Shown: positions 1-10,376 of the stretch, one piece after another
Position numbering within the stretch: position 1 is the first letter of the stretch
Layout of the letters: each line of letters begins with the position of its first letter
Virus record (IMG/VR): IMGVR_UViG_3300025697_000003
DNA from: a virus
DNA: 64,000 nucleotides
Direction: 5' to 3' (one strand)
The notes under the pieces: generated by a model
The model's database searches: none
Seen by the model: only the letters and a program-made list of their open reading frames with translations
Told to the model about the DNA's origin: nothing
Position numbers and translations under genes: made by a program

Positions 1-423
1 ATGGCTCTAAGCCAAGGCTATAACGCGATATTCGTTTGGGACACAGATCATGTGCTCCAGACGAATGCAGACATTACGATGGACGTCTCCAGGGCGACGA
101 TCGATGTGACGACTCATGGAAGCGCGAGTCTCCCGTTCCGATCGTTCAAGCTAGGGTTGGTCGACCCTCAAGACATCACGCTCCCCATCTACTGGGATTA
201 CACGCGACCGGAGATTGCAGAGATGGTAACAGCCCTCTGGTGTGAGACGGAAACAAAATGTGAATTCGAAGATGCAACGGGATCAGCCAATCCCTTCTTC
301 AACGGTAACTGTCTTGTAACCAAGATCAGCCCGACTGGACGAATGGAAAACGAGATGCAGATCGTGAACGTCACGTTCCGCGTCACTGGCAAGCCCACGA
401 CAATCCTGGGATACACCCCTTAG
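1..423 (+). CDS. Major tail (tube) protein, TP901-1/phi13-like
   Basis: 140-aa ORF with ATG at nt 1. Pattern ATIDVTTHGS...FKLGL...ITLPIYWD...FNGNCLVTKISPTG...VNVTFRVTG resembles siphovirus major tail proteins. Lies upstream of the chaperone and tape-measure genes. Confidence 0.65.
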   Translation: MALSQGYNAIFVWDTDHVLQTNADITMDVSRATIDVTTHGSASLPFRSFKLGLVDPQDITLPIYWDYTRPEIAEMVTALWCETETKCEFEDATGSANPFFNGNCLVTKISPTGRMENEMQIVNVTFRVTGKPTTILGYTP

Positions 424-439
424 AGGTAGGTGAACTACG

Positions 440-1525
440 ATGACAATTAAGGCAGGTTATCTGATGGGTTTGTTCCTGTCCGAGAAGGTGATTCTGGACG
501 GAGAAACGACCGAGGAAGTGCATCAGCTTGCAGGAACAGAAGGCGTTAGCGGTCAATTCAGCAATGTCCTGTCTCTTGACTGGTGGGATCTTACCGCAGG
601 GGCAGGATCAATCGATTGGGGCGCGAACTACGGATACAACGATCTGTCAGGCGGTTGTGCAATTACGGCAACCGCTGCTGTTGATACGTCGATAGCGCAG
701 ACTGTTACGTATGCGACGGCTCTTGCTGAGACGAAGAAGCTGTCCTTGTCGCTGTGGTCGAAGTTTGCCGCGGGGAAGGAAGCAACTCTGACGGTTACGT
801 TCAAGGACGCAGCTGACGCTACGATTGGCACACCGGATGTGCTGACGATGGTTGCGAATCAGACAGGTTACGGCAATACGAATTGGGGCTACTGGTCTTT
901 GTACCTCACAGCTCCTGTTCTTATGAAGTCGTACACCTTCTCGATCGCTCCCACGTCGGCTCAGACGATGTACATCGACAACGTGCGTGCGACATGCCTC
1001 TTACAGGTGATCGGCGCCCACGACACCCTCTCAATCGGTCTAGAGGCCGAAGTAGAGGATGTCAGTACGTTCAAGAGCCTACAAGACAACAGCGGCTTCC
1101 GATCGTTCTCTACAAGCATCATCAATGCAGGAGAAGTGACGGTTTCGAACTACTGGGGAGTGAAGCAGTGGTGGAACTCCACAGATACATACTCTCCGAC
1201 TGGAACTTGTCACAACTCAGGTGCTGACGTTGTGCAACACGAGCAACGTAGCTACACCTCCATTCTTGAAAGCACTGATAAAGAGCCACCGGATGCCACC
1301 TACTGGGCGGTACTCGGAGCGGAAGAGATGTCGTACTCACTGTTGGAAGGTGAGCGAATCTTTGCGATTCTGTTCACAGACGTTGCATCGGCAGACGAAC
1401 GATTCGAATTCTGGGCATACGTCCCGAAGTCGGGCATTGTTGCCCCTCTTTCCGGCAAGTGCATGAATCCATTCACACTAAAGGTTGACGGCCTGTTGGG
1501 GTTCGTTGACAGAGCGAAAGATTAA
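440..1525 (+). CDS. Tail-associated protein with C-terminal CBM5/12-like carbohydrate-binding motif
   Basis: 361-aa ORF 17 nt after the tube gene. Residues WWNSTDTY..GADVV....SYTSILESTDKEPPDATYWAVLG fit the W..Y..G..V..Y.......P.....W pattern of CBM5/12. Confidence 0.55.
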   Translation: MTIKAGYLMGLFLSEKVILDGETTEEVHQLAGTEGVSGQFSNVLSLDWWDLTAGAGSIDWGANYGYNDLSGGCAITATAAVDTSIAQTVTYATALAETKKLSLSLWSKFAAGKEATLTVTFKDAADATIGTPDVLTMVANQTGYGNTNWGYWSLYLTAPVLMKSYTFSIAPTSAQTMYIDNVRATCLLQVIGAHDTLSIGLEAEVEDVSTFKSLQDNSGFRSFSTSIINAGEVTVSNYWGVKQWWNSTDTYSPTGTCHNSGADVVQHEQRSYTSILESTDKEPPDATYWAVLGAEEMSYSLLEGERIFAILFTDVASADERFEFWAYVPKSGIVAPLSGKCMNPFTLKVDGLLGFVDRAKD

Positions 1526-1536
1526 AGGAGCGACAC

Positions 1537-1662
1537 ATGGCTAAGAAGAAAGTAACGAAGGTTGTAGACACGGCGGATTCGATCAGGAAGGCACGGGATG
1601 ATTCCCGTAGCTCAGTGATCAAGAAGTCGGCAGTGGCGCATCAGAAGGCAAACAAGAAATAG
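1537..1662 (+). CDS. Small basic protein (41 aa), hypothetical
   Basis: Below the ORF-track cutoff. ATG is preceded by AAAGGAG at 1524-1530. Translation is MAKKKVTKVVDTADSIRKARDD...KANKK. Confidence 0.45.
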   Translation: MAKKKVTKVVDTADSIRKARDDSRSSVIKKSAVAHQKANKK

Positions 1663-1675
1663 CATTGGAGGCAAC

Positions 1676-2386
1676 ATGACACATGAACTGAACGCGCAGA
1701 ACCTAGTACAGGCAATTGAACAGGCTGAGAGTGAGAGCCACGTAAAAGAATTCGAGGTCGGGGGACAAATGCTAACGTTCCCCCGACTTTCTCTTCACGA
1801 TCAAGGCAAGTTCGAAATGCGAGTGAGAACTGACGAAGAGAATAGGACTGGGAAACGCTCTACATTCTCTCTCGGTGGAGCTCGCAACAAAGCATCGTTG
1901 ACACTGGCAAATATCATGGCTGGTACTAAGCGAGATATCGCTAAGATGCGCGAAGAGGCTGGAGACAAGCCGCTTGCTGCCACGGATGAAGAAGCACTGG
2001 CAATGGCCAAGAGAATGCAGGAAGACGTGATGGAGAGATTCGAGCCTTACGCCGATCGCATCTTCGCTGACTTCAATCGATCGCACATGGCCTACGCCGT
2101 TGCGATGTCAATGATTGAGCAGTACGGATCCGACATCACTTACACCAAAGAGATTGACGGTGAGACTGTTCCGATCTCTTGCCAGATTGACGAAGAGTTC
2201 GTCGACAAGCTGTTCAAGCCAGAGAGTGGGCGTACCTTCGAGAACGTCTTCTCGTATGTCGTAGGACTAGCTGAGAAACCAAAGAAGACAGCAGCGCAAC
2301 TGGCCGCAGGAATGAGTGTTGGCGACATCGCCAAAGAGACGATAGGTGATGAAAAAAACTCAGGGAGGGAGCAGGACTCCGAATAG
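1676..2386 (+). CDS. Tail assembly chaperone (gpG-like)
   Basis: Sits immediately upstream of the tape measure. Acidic 236-aa product. Contains a slippery heptamer 9 codons before its stop. Confidence 0.6.
   Translation: MTHELNAQNLVQAIEQAESESHVKEFEVGGQMLTFPRLSLHDQGKFEMRVRTDEENRTGKRSTFSLGGARNKASLTLANIMAGTKRDIAKMREEAGDKPLAATDEEALAMAKRMQEDVMERFEPYADRIFADFNRSHMAYAVAMSMIEQYGSDITYTKEIDGETVPISCQIDEEFVDKLFKPESGRTFENVFSYVVGLAEKPKKTAAQLAAGMSVGDIAKETIGDEKNSGREQDSE
2353..2359 (+). promoter_or_regulatory. Candidate -1 programmed frameshift site A_AAA_AAC
   Basis: Zero-frame codons are GAA AAA AAC (seven consecutive A, 2352-2358). The -1 frame is open from 2359 through 2679 and runs into the downstream ORF, which has no SD of its own. 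Confidence 0.55.
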
Positions 2387-2679
2387 ATTTCGAACTGGCG
2401 ATTCCCGTGCTAATGGCCGTGTACAAAAAGTCTGAAACTGAGGTCTTAGCATGGGATGATATCCAGTTTGCGTACTTCTTGAGGCACGCACAGGCGATTG
2501 GTAGGTGGCTGTGGAACTTCTTCCCGCCGGAAGTAGGAGGGAAAGATGAGAACGAAAGACGAGCAGCAGTGCAAGAGCTTCAGGACAAGACGCCGAGCCT
2601 TCTGGTCCCGAGTACAGAGCAGTTTGAAGATATAAGGACGGAATGTGAATCACACGGAATAATCGGTCCTGTTGGATAA
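2359..2679 (+). CDS. Frameshift extension of tail assembly chaperone (gpT-like part of a G-T fusion)
   Basis: The track ORF 2407..2679 starts at GTG without an SD. The same frame is open back to the slippery site. Its position before the TMP matches the conserved G/GT arrangement. Confidence 0.5.
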   Translation, partial: LREGAGLRIDFELAIPVLMAVYKKSETEVLAWDDIQFAYFLRHAQAIGRWLWNFFPPEVGGKDENERRAAVQELQDKTPSLLVPSTEQFEDIRTECESHGIIGPVG

Positions 2680-2688
2680 GGGGATAGC

Positions 2689-5600
2689 ATGGCAGGAGAA
2701 GCTGGCAGTCTAGGTAGAGCGTTTGTAGAGATCCATGTGCCTGTTGAGGCGTTTGCGTCTCAGATGTCATCTGTTGGAACGACATTTACATCTCAGACAT
2801 CAAGAATGATCGCAGAGGCCCAATTGGTCTCTGCTGCCATTGGTTCTGCGAATGCGGGAATCATCTCCAGCTACAACGCTGTTGCTACTTCTGTCATGGG
2901 GCTTCTTACCGCCCAAGAGTTGGCAATCCTGTCAACGAACAATCTTGCCCTTGCCCTTCATCACGGAGATGTAGCTGCACGATCGATGGCTGCAGGCGGA
3001 GTCGTCTTAGGGACTGGAATGGCCGCAGGAGCGGCAGGGATTAAGGCGACAACATTCTCTCTGGCATCCCTTATGTCGATGGCTAAGTCTGTCCTCCCAT
3101 TCATGGCCGCATTCATGGCTGTCTCAAAGACGATTGGGATCGCAAGCGGTGCTGTCACTGCACAACGCGAATACAACAAAGAACTCTATCAGTTGTGGAC
3201 GTTGACTGATCTCACTGTTGAAGGGATTGGTGAGCTCAGTGATGAGATCCGAGATCTTACCCATGATTACAACGTGTTCGCCAAGGCTGGCGCGAAGGCA
3301 ATGTACCAGATTTACAGTGCTACGTTCTTTGCGGACGACGCGACAGAAATCTTAGAGCAGGGCATGAAAGCAGCAGCGGCTGGAGCTACTGATTTGGTCT
3401 CTGCCGTTGATATGACGACAACAGTTTTGAACGCTTACGGAATGGCTGCATCAGAAGCCAGCAGAATCAATGATTTGTTGTTCACTACTGTAAGGTACGG
3501 AAAAACTACGTATGAAGAACTTGCCGGGCAATTCGGTAGATTGGCTGGTGTTGCGGCTCCTGCTGGTGCGCGTATCGAAGAAATGACCGCTGCAATTGCA
3601 ACTCTTACCAGACAGGGGATCATGACAGACTGGGCGGTCACATCTCTACGTCAGACGATCATGTCAATGTTCCGTCCTACTGGAGCATTGGCTGGAGTAA
3701 TCAGGGCCCTTGGGTACGAAACAGGTAGGGCATTGATCACTGAGAATGGATTCGTTGAAGCATTGAAGATGATCAAGCAGGAAGCAGATGCGGCAGGAAT
3801 GCCTCTTGAGAACCTGTTCACAAACGTTCGTGCGATCACTGCTGTACTCCCGTTGCTGACAACGGCATCTGTAGGCTTCGCACTAGATGTTGATCGTATG
3901 GCAGACTCATTAGGTGCGATGGACACAGCCTTCGAAAAGATGGAACAAGATTGGGACTACCGGCTTGAAACATTGAAGTCGCAGCTAAACGATGTATCCC
4001 TCACGATTGGCGAGATGCTCATGCCGGCTGTCGAAGCATTTATGACAGTGTGGGTTGGCTTCTCAGAGGTGATGGAGAAAGGAATAGAAGTCCTTGGGCC
4101 ATTTGGTCAAGGGATGGGCGCCCTAGCTGGCTGGGTTTCCGGCGCGGCTGTTTCTGTTGGTGCGCTGACTGCCGCGATATGGTTGCTAAATAAGGCTTTC
4201 ATTGCCTTAGCTGCTAATCCAGTTGTTGCTGCGCTGGGAACCGTTGCTCTCGCTATCAGTGTAATCGTTTCGCAGATAATGGATGCGAACAGTGCTGTGC
4301 ATACACTCGCTGATGAGATCCGAGGATTGCCAACGCCGGGGACAGTCGAGGCAGGGAGAATAGGGATGCCCACGGCTTCTGCTGACATCGTTGCCAAGTT
4401 CACTCCAGAGATCAACTCCTTCCTTGAAAAGTGGACAGAGATTATGGATCGGTACTCAGGGCCTGGTGCAGCAGTACAAGTAGAATCATGGCTCCCCAAC
4501 CTCATCAGAGAACTCGAATTTGAGGCAATGCCTACTTACACAGGTGGATTCTCTCGACAATCTCCATTTGCCTTAACAATCGACAACGCGCCCGTGCGCG
4601 AAGCAATCATTGCCACTCTAATCTCTGGTGTTGAAGATCCTAGTGTAGCGAGAGCTATTGCCGATAGCTTTGGTATGTCGGCAAAACTCGGATTATCGGG
4701 GAGCGACTTCTCAATGGACTCCTCTGGTTTATCTTCTTCCGTTTTCTACGACGCGAAGGTTGCCATCGCTGCAGCGCGGACAGAGTTTGATGCTCTCTGG
4801 TCGTCTATCCAGAACGGGACAGTTGTTGTAGAAGAGGGAGAAACACAGATAGATGCCGTTATGGACGCATGGGGCGACATGGGAGATATTGCCCAATCAT
4901 CCGCAGAATTCCTGAAGCTCATGGTAGACACCTTGGGTGTAGCCCCTGAACAAGCGGCGTTGCTGCAAGGGCTGGTCGAGGAGATGTTGGCCATTGCCGG
5001 CGTTACTGATGAGGTAATGATGGGCTTTGTCGAAGAGACCTACGCTCTCATTGCAGCATTCGGGGCGGCAGAAGAAGGATCGGCTGATCAGGCGCAGATA
5101 CTGGGAGAACTGGCGGGCAGATATAAGACAGCGGCTGGATGGATGGAGACATTTAAGAAGGCTGGGATTGAAGCAGACGCTGAATTGGTCGACTTGATCG
5201 CGGCGTTTGAAGTATTCAATTTTGCCGTTGACGAGGGGACCGATAGTTTTATTGATGAAACCACAAAACTAATCGCTGCGTACAAACTTCTTGATGAAGG
5301 ATCAGAAGAGCAGGCTGCGGCCCTCACAGAGTTGACGTCGCGTTATCAGACAACGGCACAGTGGACGGAGTTGCTTGCGTCGGTTGGGAAAGAAGCTGAC
5401 GAGGAATTAGTTGGTCTTATCGCTTCGCTGGAAGAACTTGGGATCAAGCTAAAAGACACGACGAAGGCGGTGGACCCATTTGATGTAGCCACCTACAAGC
5501 TACTTACAACATACGACGAAGCCACAGATGGGTCTATCCTGCAAGCGGAGGCACTCTCGGCTTTGTCGGGGAGATACTCGACGGCGACCGGATGGTTAGA

Positions 5601-7728
5601 GCAATTTGCCGCTGTGGGAACTGTGGCAGACACGGTTCTGTTGGACTTGATCGCGGCGTTAGAAGCAATCGGGTTGACTGGAGAGGCCGCGACGAAGGGG
5701 TTCGTCGACGAAACAAACGCACTAATTACAGCATTTGGGTTAGCAGACAAAGGATCAGCTAAACAGGCAGATATTCTTGACGACCTTGCCTCTCGATACT
5801 CGACAGTAACTGGATGGATTGAGGCATTGAGTGCGGTTGGCATTGAAGCGAGTGAAGCTCTCACGCTACTCGTTGCTGCTCTGGAAGAAGTTGGCCTCAA
5901 AGCAGTAGCAGCTGCTGAGAAGACGTTCGTTCAAACGACGTATGAGCTTATTGCTACGTATGATGCGGCGACAGAAGGATCAGTTGCTCAGGCAGAAGCC
6001 CTTCAGTCATTGGCTGGACGATACCAGACTGCGATTGGGTTGGAGGAGTTGCTTACTAGCAAAGGGATCGAGGCAGATGACGAACTCGTTTTGCTAATTA
6101 AAGACCTCGAGAAGTTCGCGGAAGCAGCAGAAGAAGCCGGGGTCGATCTCGTTAATGTTACATCAAAGATGGTAACTGGCGTTGGGCAGCTACTAAAAAA
6201 GTTTGGTGGAGAGGGAGCACAAGGCGCAGGTAGCATCCTGACATCATTAGGAGCATCTATTGGCTCTGTCGGACTAGCAGTGGCTGCTCCAAATCCTATG
6301 ACGATAGGCAACGCGATCCTTGCCGTTGCCGACACAGTTGGAACAGCCTGGATGGAACTTGTTGTAAATCCAGCCGCCGACGCTGAAGAGGAACGTATCA
6401 AAACTGAAGAGGAAAGGCTCGCAGCAGAGCAGGAATTCACAGATAACTTGCTACACGCTGCCGATGCAGCTGCATCAGCATTATGGGGCCTTGTCGAGTC
6501 GGCAGAGTCAGTGGCCGAAATACAGAGCGGCCTTGCCCAACTCCAAGTAAACGTCATGAGCTCATTGCTGGCCTTCCTGTGGCCTCTGGCGGGCATCCTT
6601 GGGTACATCAACGAACTGTTCGTGATACAGGCAGATGTGATAGAGGATGAGGTTGAGGCAAGAGAGAAGATGCTGTCTAACCTTAACGTACCGATTGGCT
6701 TCCCGATCAACAGGATCCGGTTCGCTGCGGGGACACCTGGCGAGCCTGTAACGTTCAACGAAGACGAGATAGGTGGCGGTGCGGATGAGATAGTTGCTGA
6801 GATACTTACGTGGTGGGAAGAGGCACTTGAGCCATTTAGGGATCAGATCATGGAGATGATCCAGCCTATTGCCGACTTCAGGGACGCAATGCAGCAACTA
6901 GCAATCGACTTAATTCCTGCCATGCTGACGATCCTGGAACCTATCCTGGACACATTCGGATGGGCGCTTGGCGAGATTTCCACGTGGATGCAGGATGTAT
7001 TCAAGCCAGATTTCGAGGAGTTCGCAGAGGGCTTTGCGACATTCTGGGAAGACAGGGTAGACCCATTCTGGAAAGAAGACATGTTCCCTCAACTAACAGA
7101 ATGGTTTGACACACTGTACGGCTGGCTTGGCGACATCATCGGATTCTTCGGAGATGAAGGATGGGACTTCCTCACAGACGAGGGTGGTGTGTGGGATAAA
7201 GTTGTAGGATTTGTCGATTCCGTGTTCGATATGTTCTCAGAGTTCGGGCAATGGGTAGACGATAACTGGGAGACGATCGAGAATGTACTCCTGAAACGTA
7301 TTCAAGACGCTCTAGATGCTCTTGGGATAGATCTAGACGACTTTCTCCGCAGAGTAGAGAACTGGCTACTGGGCGGAACATGGGAGCAAGCCGACGAACC
7401 ATCGTGGATTACTAAGTTCCTTACAGGACTAGGCGAGATGAGGGACGCGATCGTTGCTGTACCAGAACCGTTACGAGATATTGCAGGCGTACTGGAAGGG
7501 TTCGCAAACTGGTTAGGCATAGATTATGAATCGTCTGGAGCGATGTCTGTGCAACCTGTCGCTGCAGGTATGGGTGTGGCAGGCGGGATGGGATCTGCTG
7601 GCAAATCAGCAGTAACGATCAACGTCAACCTGTCTCAGGAACGACTCAGCCAAATCATGATCCGTAAAATGACTAGCCAGAATGTGAATGATCACGGCGT
7701 AGGATTTGCGCCAATCAGGGTGGGATAA
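2689..7728 (+). CDS. Tape measure protein
   Basis: 1679 aa. N-terminal helical and TM-like segments, five tandem ~74-aa repeats and an aromatic-rich C-terminal region. Located after the chaperone pair. Confidence 0.9.
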   Translation: MAGEAGSLGRAFVEIHVPVEAFASQMSSVGTTFTSQTSRMIAEAQLVSAAIGSANAGIISSYNAVATSVMGLLTAQELAILSTNNLALALHHGDVAARSMAAGGVVLGTGMAAGAAGIKATTFSLASLMSMAKSVLPFMAAFMAVSKTIGIASGAVTAQREYNKELYQLWTLTDLTVEGIGELSDEIRDLTHDYNVFAKAGAKAMYQIYSATFFADDATEILEQGMKAAAAGATDLVSAVDMTTTVLNAYGMAASEASRINDLLFTTVRYGKTTYEELAGQFGRLAGVAAPAGARIEEMTAAIATLTRQGIMTDWAVTSLRQTIMSMFRPTGALAGVIRALGYETGRALITENGFVEALKMIKQEADAAGMPLENLFTNVRAITAVLPLLTTASVGFALDVDRMADSLGAMDTAFEKMEQDWDYRLETLKSQLNDVSLTIGEMLMPAVEAFMTVWVGFSEVMEKGIEVLGPFGQGMGALAGWVSGAAVSVGALTAAIWLLNKAFIALAANPVVAALGTVALAISVIVSQIMDANSAVHTLADEIRGLPTPGTVEAGRIGMPTASADIVAKFTPEINSFLEKWTEIMDRYSGPGAAVQVESWLPNLIRELEFEAMPTYTGGFSRQSPFALTIDNAPVREAIIATLISGVEDPSVARAIADSFGMSAKLGLSGSDFSMDSSGLSSSVFYDAKVAIAAARTEFDALWSSIQNGTVVVEEGETQIDAVMDAWGDMGDIAQSSAEFLKLMVDTLGVAPEQAALLQGLVEEMLAIAGVTDEVMMGFVEETYALIAAFGAAEEGSADQAQILGELAGRYKTAAGWMETFKKAGIEADAELVDLIAAFEVFNFAVDEGTDSFIDETTKLIAAYKLLDEGSEEQAAALTELTSRYQTTAQWTELLASVGKEADEELVGLIASLEELGIKLKDTTKAVDPFDVATYKLLTTYDEATDGSILQAEALSALSGRYSTATGWLEQFAAVGTVADTVLLDLIAALEAIGLTGEAATKGFVDETNALITAFGLADKGSAKQADILDDLASRYSTVTGWIEALSAVGIEASEALTLLVAALEEVGLKAVAAAEKTFVQTTYELIATYDAATEGSVAQAEALQSLAGRYQTAIGLEELLTSKGIEADDELVLLIKDLEKFAEAAEEAGVDLVNVTSKMVTGVGQLLKKFGGEGAQGAGSILTSLGASIGSVGLAVAAPNPMTIGNAILAVADTVGTAWMELVVNPAADAEEERIKTEEERLAAEQEFTDNLLHAADAAASALWGLVESAESVAEIQSGLAQLQVNVMSSLLAFLWPLAGILGYINELFVIQADVIEDEVEAREKMLSNLNVPIGFPINRIRFAAGTPGEPVTFNEDEIGGGADEIVAEILTWWEEALEPFRDQIMEMIQPIADFRDAMQQLAIDLIPAMLTILEPILDTFGWALGEISTWMQDVFKPDFEEFAEGFATFWEDRVDPFWKEDMFPQLTEWFDTLYGWLGDIIGFFGDEGWDFLTDEGGVWDKVVGFVDSVFDMFSEFGQWVDDNWETIENVLLKRIQDALDALGIDLDDFLRRVENWLLGGTWEQADEPSWITKFLTGLGEMRDAIVAVPEPLRDIAGVLEGFANWLGIDYESSGAMSVQPVAAGMGVAGGMGSAGKSAVTINVNLSQERLSQIMIRKMTSQNVNDHGVGFAPIRVG
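5026..6138. repeat. Five tandem ~222-231-nt coding repeats inside the tape measure gene
   Basis: Repeat starts at 5026, 5248, 5479, 5701 and 5926. Each encodes F(V/I)(D/E)ET..LI.A(Y/F)....EGS..QA..L..L..RY.T..GW.E....(V/A)G.EA.E.L..LI..LE. Confidence 0.85.
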
Positions 7729-9677
7729 TGGCCAGAACAATAGACAATGGGAATATCCTCTCAAAGATTTCTGGAGAGACAGTTAGGGTCTACGACGGCT
7801 CTGACTGGATTGATCTTGTTGATCCAGCAGGATCCTCGTTCCCTGGCTATTCCCGAGTGAAGGCCTACCAGTGGAGCTACAATCAGAGCAACGGTAAGTG
7901 GGTGGCCACGGTCACGTTTGCGAACTATGAGTATCTGAGGGATGCCGGCGAGAGCCTTGACCCAACTGACACGTCAGACTTCAATCCGTTGGACGTTCCT
8001 TTGCTGGGTGCTTACCACAAGTTTGAGATCTGGGTTGGCAAGTACAGCGCAGGAAATGTAGCTGGCACAGAAGCCATGGTATTCAGCGGGCGTATCGGAC
8101 CTGACTCAATCCAACCAGATGAGGGCATTGAGGGCGAGGATTTCGTCGTTGCTCGAATCGTCGGAGTGACGCAGCCGTGGTTTGCGGACTACATCGACAA
8201 GATCGATCGAGGAAGACTCTACACTGACTGCTACCTATCTGGAATCTGGAATGCGACAACGACATTCGCTGTTGGCGATGTCGTTACTCTGTCAGGAGTA
8301 GCGTATCAGTGCATCCTAGCGAGTACAAACAACGAACCTCCGAACATTACCTACTGGACTGTCTTCACTGGGACGAACAACATCTGCAATCAGATCTTGA
8401 CCGACTTCGGGCATGAAGCGAATATCGTTGTTGCACCGTCACCAACTGGACTAGATCCGTTGACGTTCTACTGCGAGAACTACGAGATTGGCGATATATC
8501 GGTAGGGGAGGCCATCCTTCGACAGGTCAGCGCGATCGGGTTCCTCCTCCAGGAGAAGTACAACGCGACACAGGCCAACTTCGTTCCTACCATCGTGGAT
8601 CCAGATCGAGACAACGTGACTCCTGACATCGACCTTGAGGGAAACATCAACACGTCTAGGATTGTCTATTCTGAAGCTAACGTAAGGACGTTCTGCCGTG
8701 TTGTGTTCTACAACAGGGATGACGGCAGCTTCTCGTATGTAGACGCAGAGAACGATGCTGCAAGGCTCATCTACGGCATACCTGGCGCTGGTGGTACGAA
8801 GCTGCACAAGAGAATGCGTGTTGTCGAGAACGACAAGTCGTGGATTGACACAGAAGTCGAGGCCCAGAAGGAAGCGAATTATTGTGTGCAGGATGCAGGG
8901 ACACCGCTCATCAAGAACTCTTTTGTCATTCCGTGGCTAGTCCTTGGAGTCGAGGGTGGAGATCTCGTAAGAATTGTAACGCCATCGAAGACAATGGACG
9001 TTGGCGTGTTGACCATTCAACACAACGTCGGTGAGGGCGACATGTTCGGGCACACCGTCATCACAGGGACACTAGCACGTCGCGTCGGCAACTACGAATA
9101 CTGGTTCAATCGGTCGAGGGTAGACAACGCTTGGAAGCAGGACAGATACAACGAACTGATGCAAGGACCGATTCCGATGAAGCCAAGTAACGTAGTGGCC
9201 AAGTCGGTGTGGGGAAAAGATGTAGCAGGCTCTCCTGCGCCAGTAATCGATGTGTCATGGTTTGGTGCAAGAGATGGTAGAACGCGATCTCACGTTCTTA
9301 GGTATCGATTACTTAGTCCACGAGATTCTGGTACTGCAACTGCTGGCAGCACAACAACTCTGACGGATGGCTCTAAATCATGGACGACAAATGCCTACCG
9401 TAATGGCGGATATGTGTCCATGGCTGGGAATGTTACCTCAAGGAAGGGGACTGACAATCTACGGAGGATCCTTTCCAACACAGGTACTGTGCTGACGTTT
9501 GAGAATGCGGTAGATGTTGCGCCGGCGAATACGGAGACATACGAGATCTATTGGGTAACAGGAGAGTGGCACGAAGTCACAGTAGGCAAGGAACAATTTG
9601 TTCAATTACCTGGACTCCCAGAAGGGAACGAATACATGATCGAAGTGGCGGCTGTACCAACAGTCAGCGGGACATAA
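7728..9677 (+). CDS. Tail/baseplate protein (Dit position) with CBM5/12-like insertion
   Basis: Start overlaps the TMP stop (TAATG). 649 aa. Contains WNATTTFAVGDVVTLSGVAYQCILASTNNEPPNITYWTV (nt 8246-8356) and a beta-rich C-terminus. Confidence 0.6.
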   Translation: MARTIDNGNILSKISGETVRVYDGSDWIDLVDPAGSSFPGYSRVKAYQWSYNQSNGKWVATVTFANYEYLRDAGESLDPTDTSDFNPLDVPLLGAYHKFEIWVGKYSAGNVAGTEAMVFSGRIGPDSIQPDEGIEGEDFVVARIVGVTQPWFADYIDKIDRGRLYTDCYLSGIWNATTTFAVGDVVTLSGVAYQCILASTNNEPPNITYWTVFTGTNNICNQILTDFGHEANIVVAPSPTGLDPLTFYCENYEIGDISVGEAILRQVSAIGFLLQEKYNATQANFVPTIVDPDRDNVTPDIDLEGNINTSRIVYSEANVRTFCRVVFYNRDDGSFSYVDAENDAARLIYGIPGAGGTKLHKRMRVVENDKSWIDTEVEAQKEANYCVQDAGTPLIKNSFVIPWLVLGVEGGDLVRIVTPSKTMDVGVLTIQHNVGEGDMFGHTVITGTLARRVGNYEYWFNRSRVDNAWKQDRYNELMQGPIPMKPSNVVAKSVWGKDVAGSPAPVIDVSWFGARDGRTRSHVLRYRLLSPRDSGTATAGSTTTLTDGSKSWTTNAYRNGGYVSMAGNVTSRKGTDNLRRILSNTGTVLTFENAVDVAPANTETYEIYWVTGEWHEVTVGKEQFVQLPGLPEGNEYMIEVAAVPTVSGT

Positions 9678-9687
9678 GGAGGGCACG

Positions 9688-9999
9688 ATGAGCACCGCGA
9701 CATTCCATCTCAAACAGAACGATACAAAGCCATCCTTGTCTGCGAGTCTGACGCAAGATGGTTCAGTAGTCGATCTGACTGGGGCGACTGTAAAGTTCCA
9801 CATGGGCGATACAGTGGATTCAGCAGCAGTAGTGGCCGGCGCATTAACTGGGTCTGTTAGGTATGACTGGGATGCGGAGGACACAGTAACCGCAGGATCA
9901 TTCCCTGGCGAGTTTGAGGTCACGTTCTCTGATGGGACGATAGAGACATTCCCGAATGACGGGTATCTGACAATCGAGATCCAATCGGAGTTGGCATGA
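9688..9999 (+). CDS. Small Ig-like tail/baseplate protein (BppU-N-like pattern)
   Basis: 103 aa, with AAGGAGG upstream. Pattern LKQNDTKPSL.A.L..DGSVVDLTGATVKFHM resembles baseplate upper protein N-domains. Confidence 0.5.
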   Translation: MSTATFHLKQNDTKPSLSASLTQDGSVVDLTGATVKFHMGDTVDSAAVVAGALTGSVRYDWDAEDTVTAGSFPGEFEVTFSDGTIETFPNDGYLTIEIQSELA

Positions 10000-10370
10000 G
10001 CAATAATCACATAACGATCAACAACTCGATTACAGAGGCGGGACGGACGGTAACTTCTCGCATTCCTCCGAATGCGCCATTAGATTTCGGCACGTTGGCT
10101 ATCCTGTTCAACAACATGGTCCCACAGTCATCGGCGCCGAGCGATCCATCAGAGAAAGATGTGTATCTTGACGACGGTACGAATACCGTGTCAGGGACAT
10201 TGGGATTCAGACAATACGACGGCAGCGCGTGGGAAGATTTCGGATTGCAGACAGGAGGTGGCAGCAGCATTACTTCAACACCTGAAAGCGGACAATATCA
10301 GGTGACTGACATGAGGCTTGCGTCAGACTTCACATTGATTGTCGAGTACAACGATGTACCCGCAGCATAA
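9996..10370 (+). CDS. Hypothetical tail-module protein
   Basis: 124-aa ORF with an ATGA overlap to the upstream gene. No recognisable motif. Confidence 0.5.
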   Translation: MSNNHITINNSITEAGRTVTSRIPPNAPLDFGTLAILFNNMVPQSSAPSDPSEKDVYLDDGTNTVSGTLGFRQYDGSAWEDFGLQTGGGSSITSTPESGQYQVTDMRLASDFTLIVEYNDVPAA

Positions 10371-10376
10371 GGAGAA

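Noticed and set aside
2961-7520. Numerous minus-strand and alternative-frame ORFs inside the tape measure gene, for example 6003..6758 (251 aa).
   Set aside because: The Ala/Ser-rich translations are typical of antisense frames of an Ala/Glu/Leu-rich gene. The TMP frame is continuous and repeat-structured.
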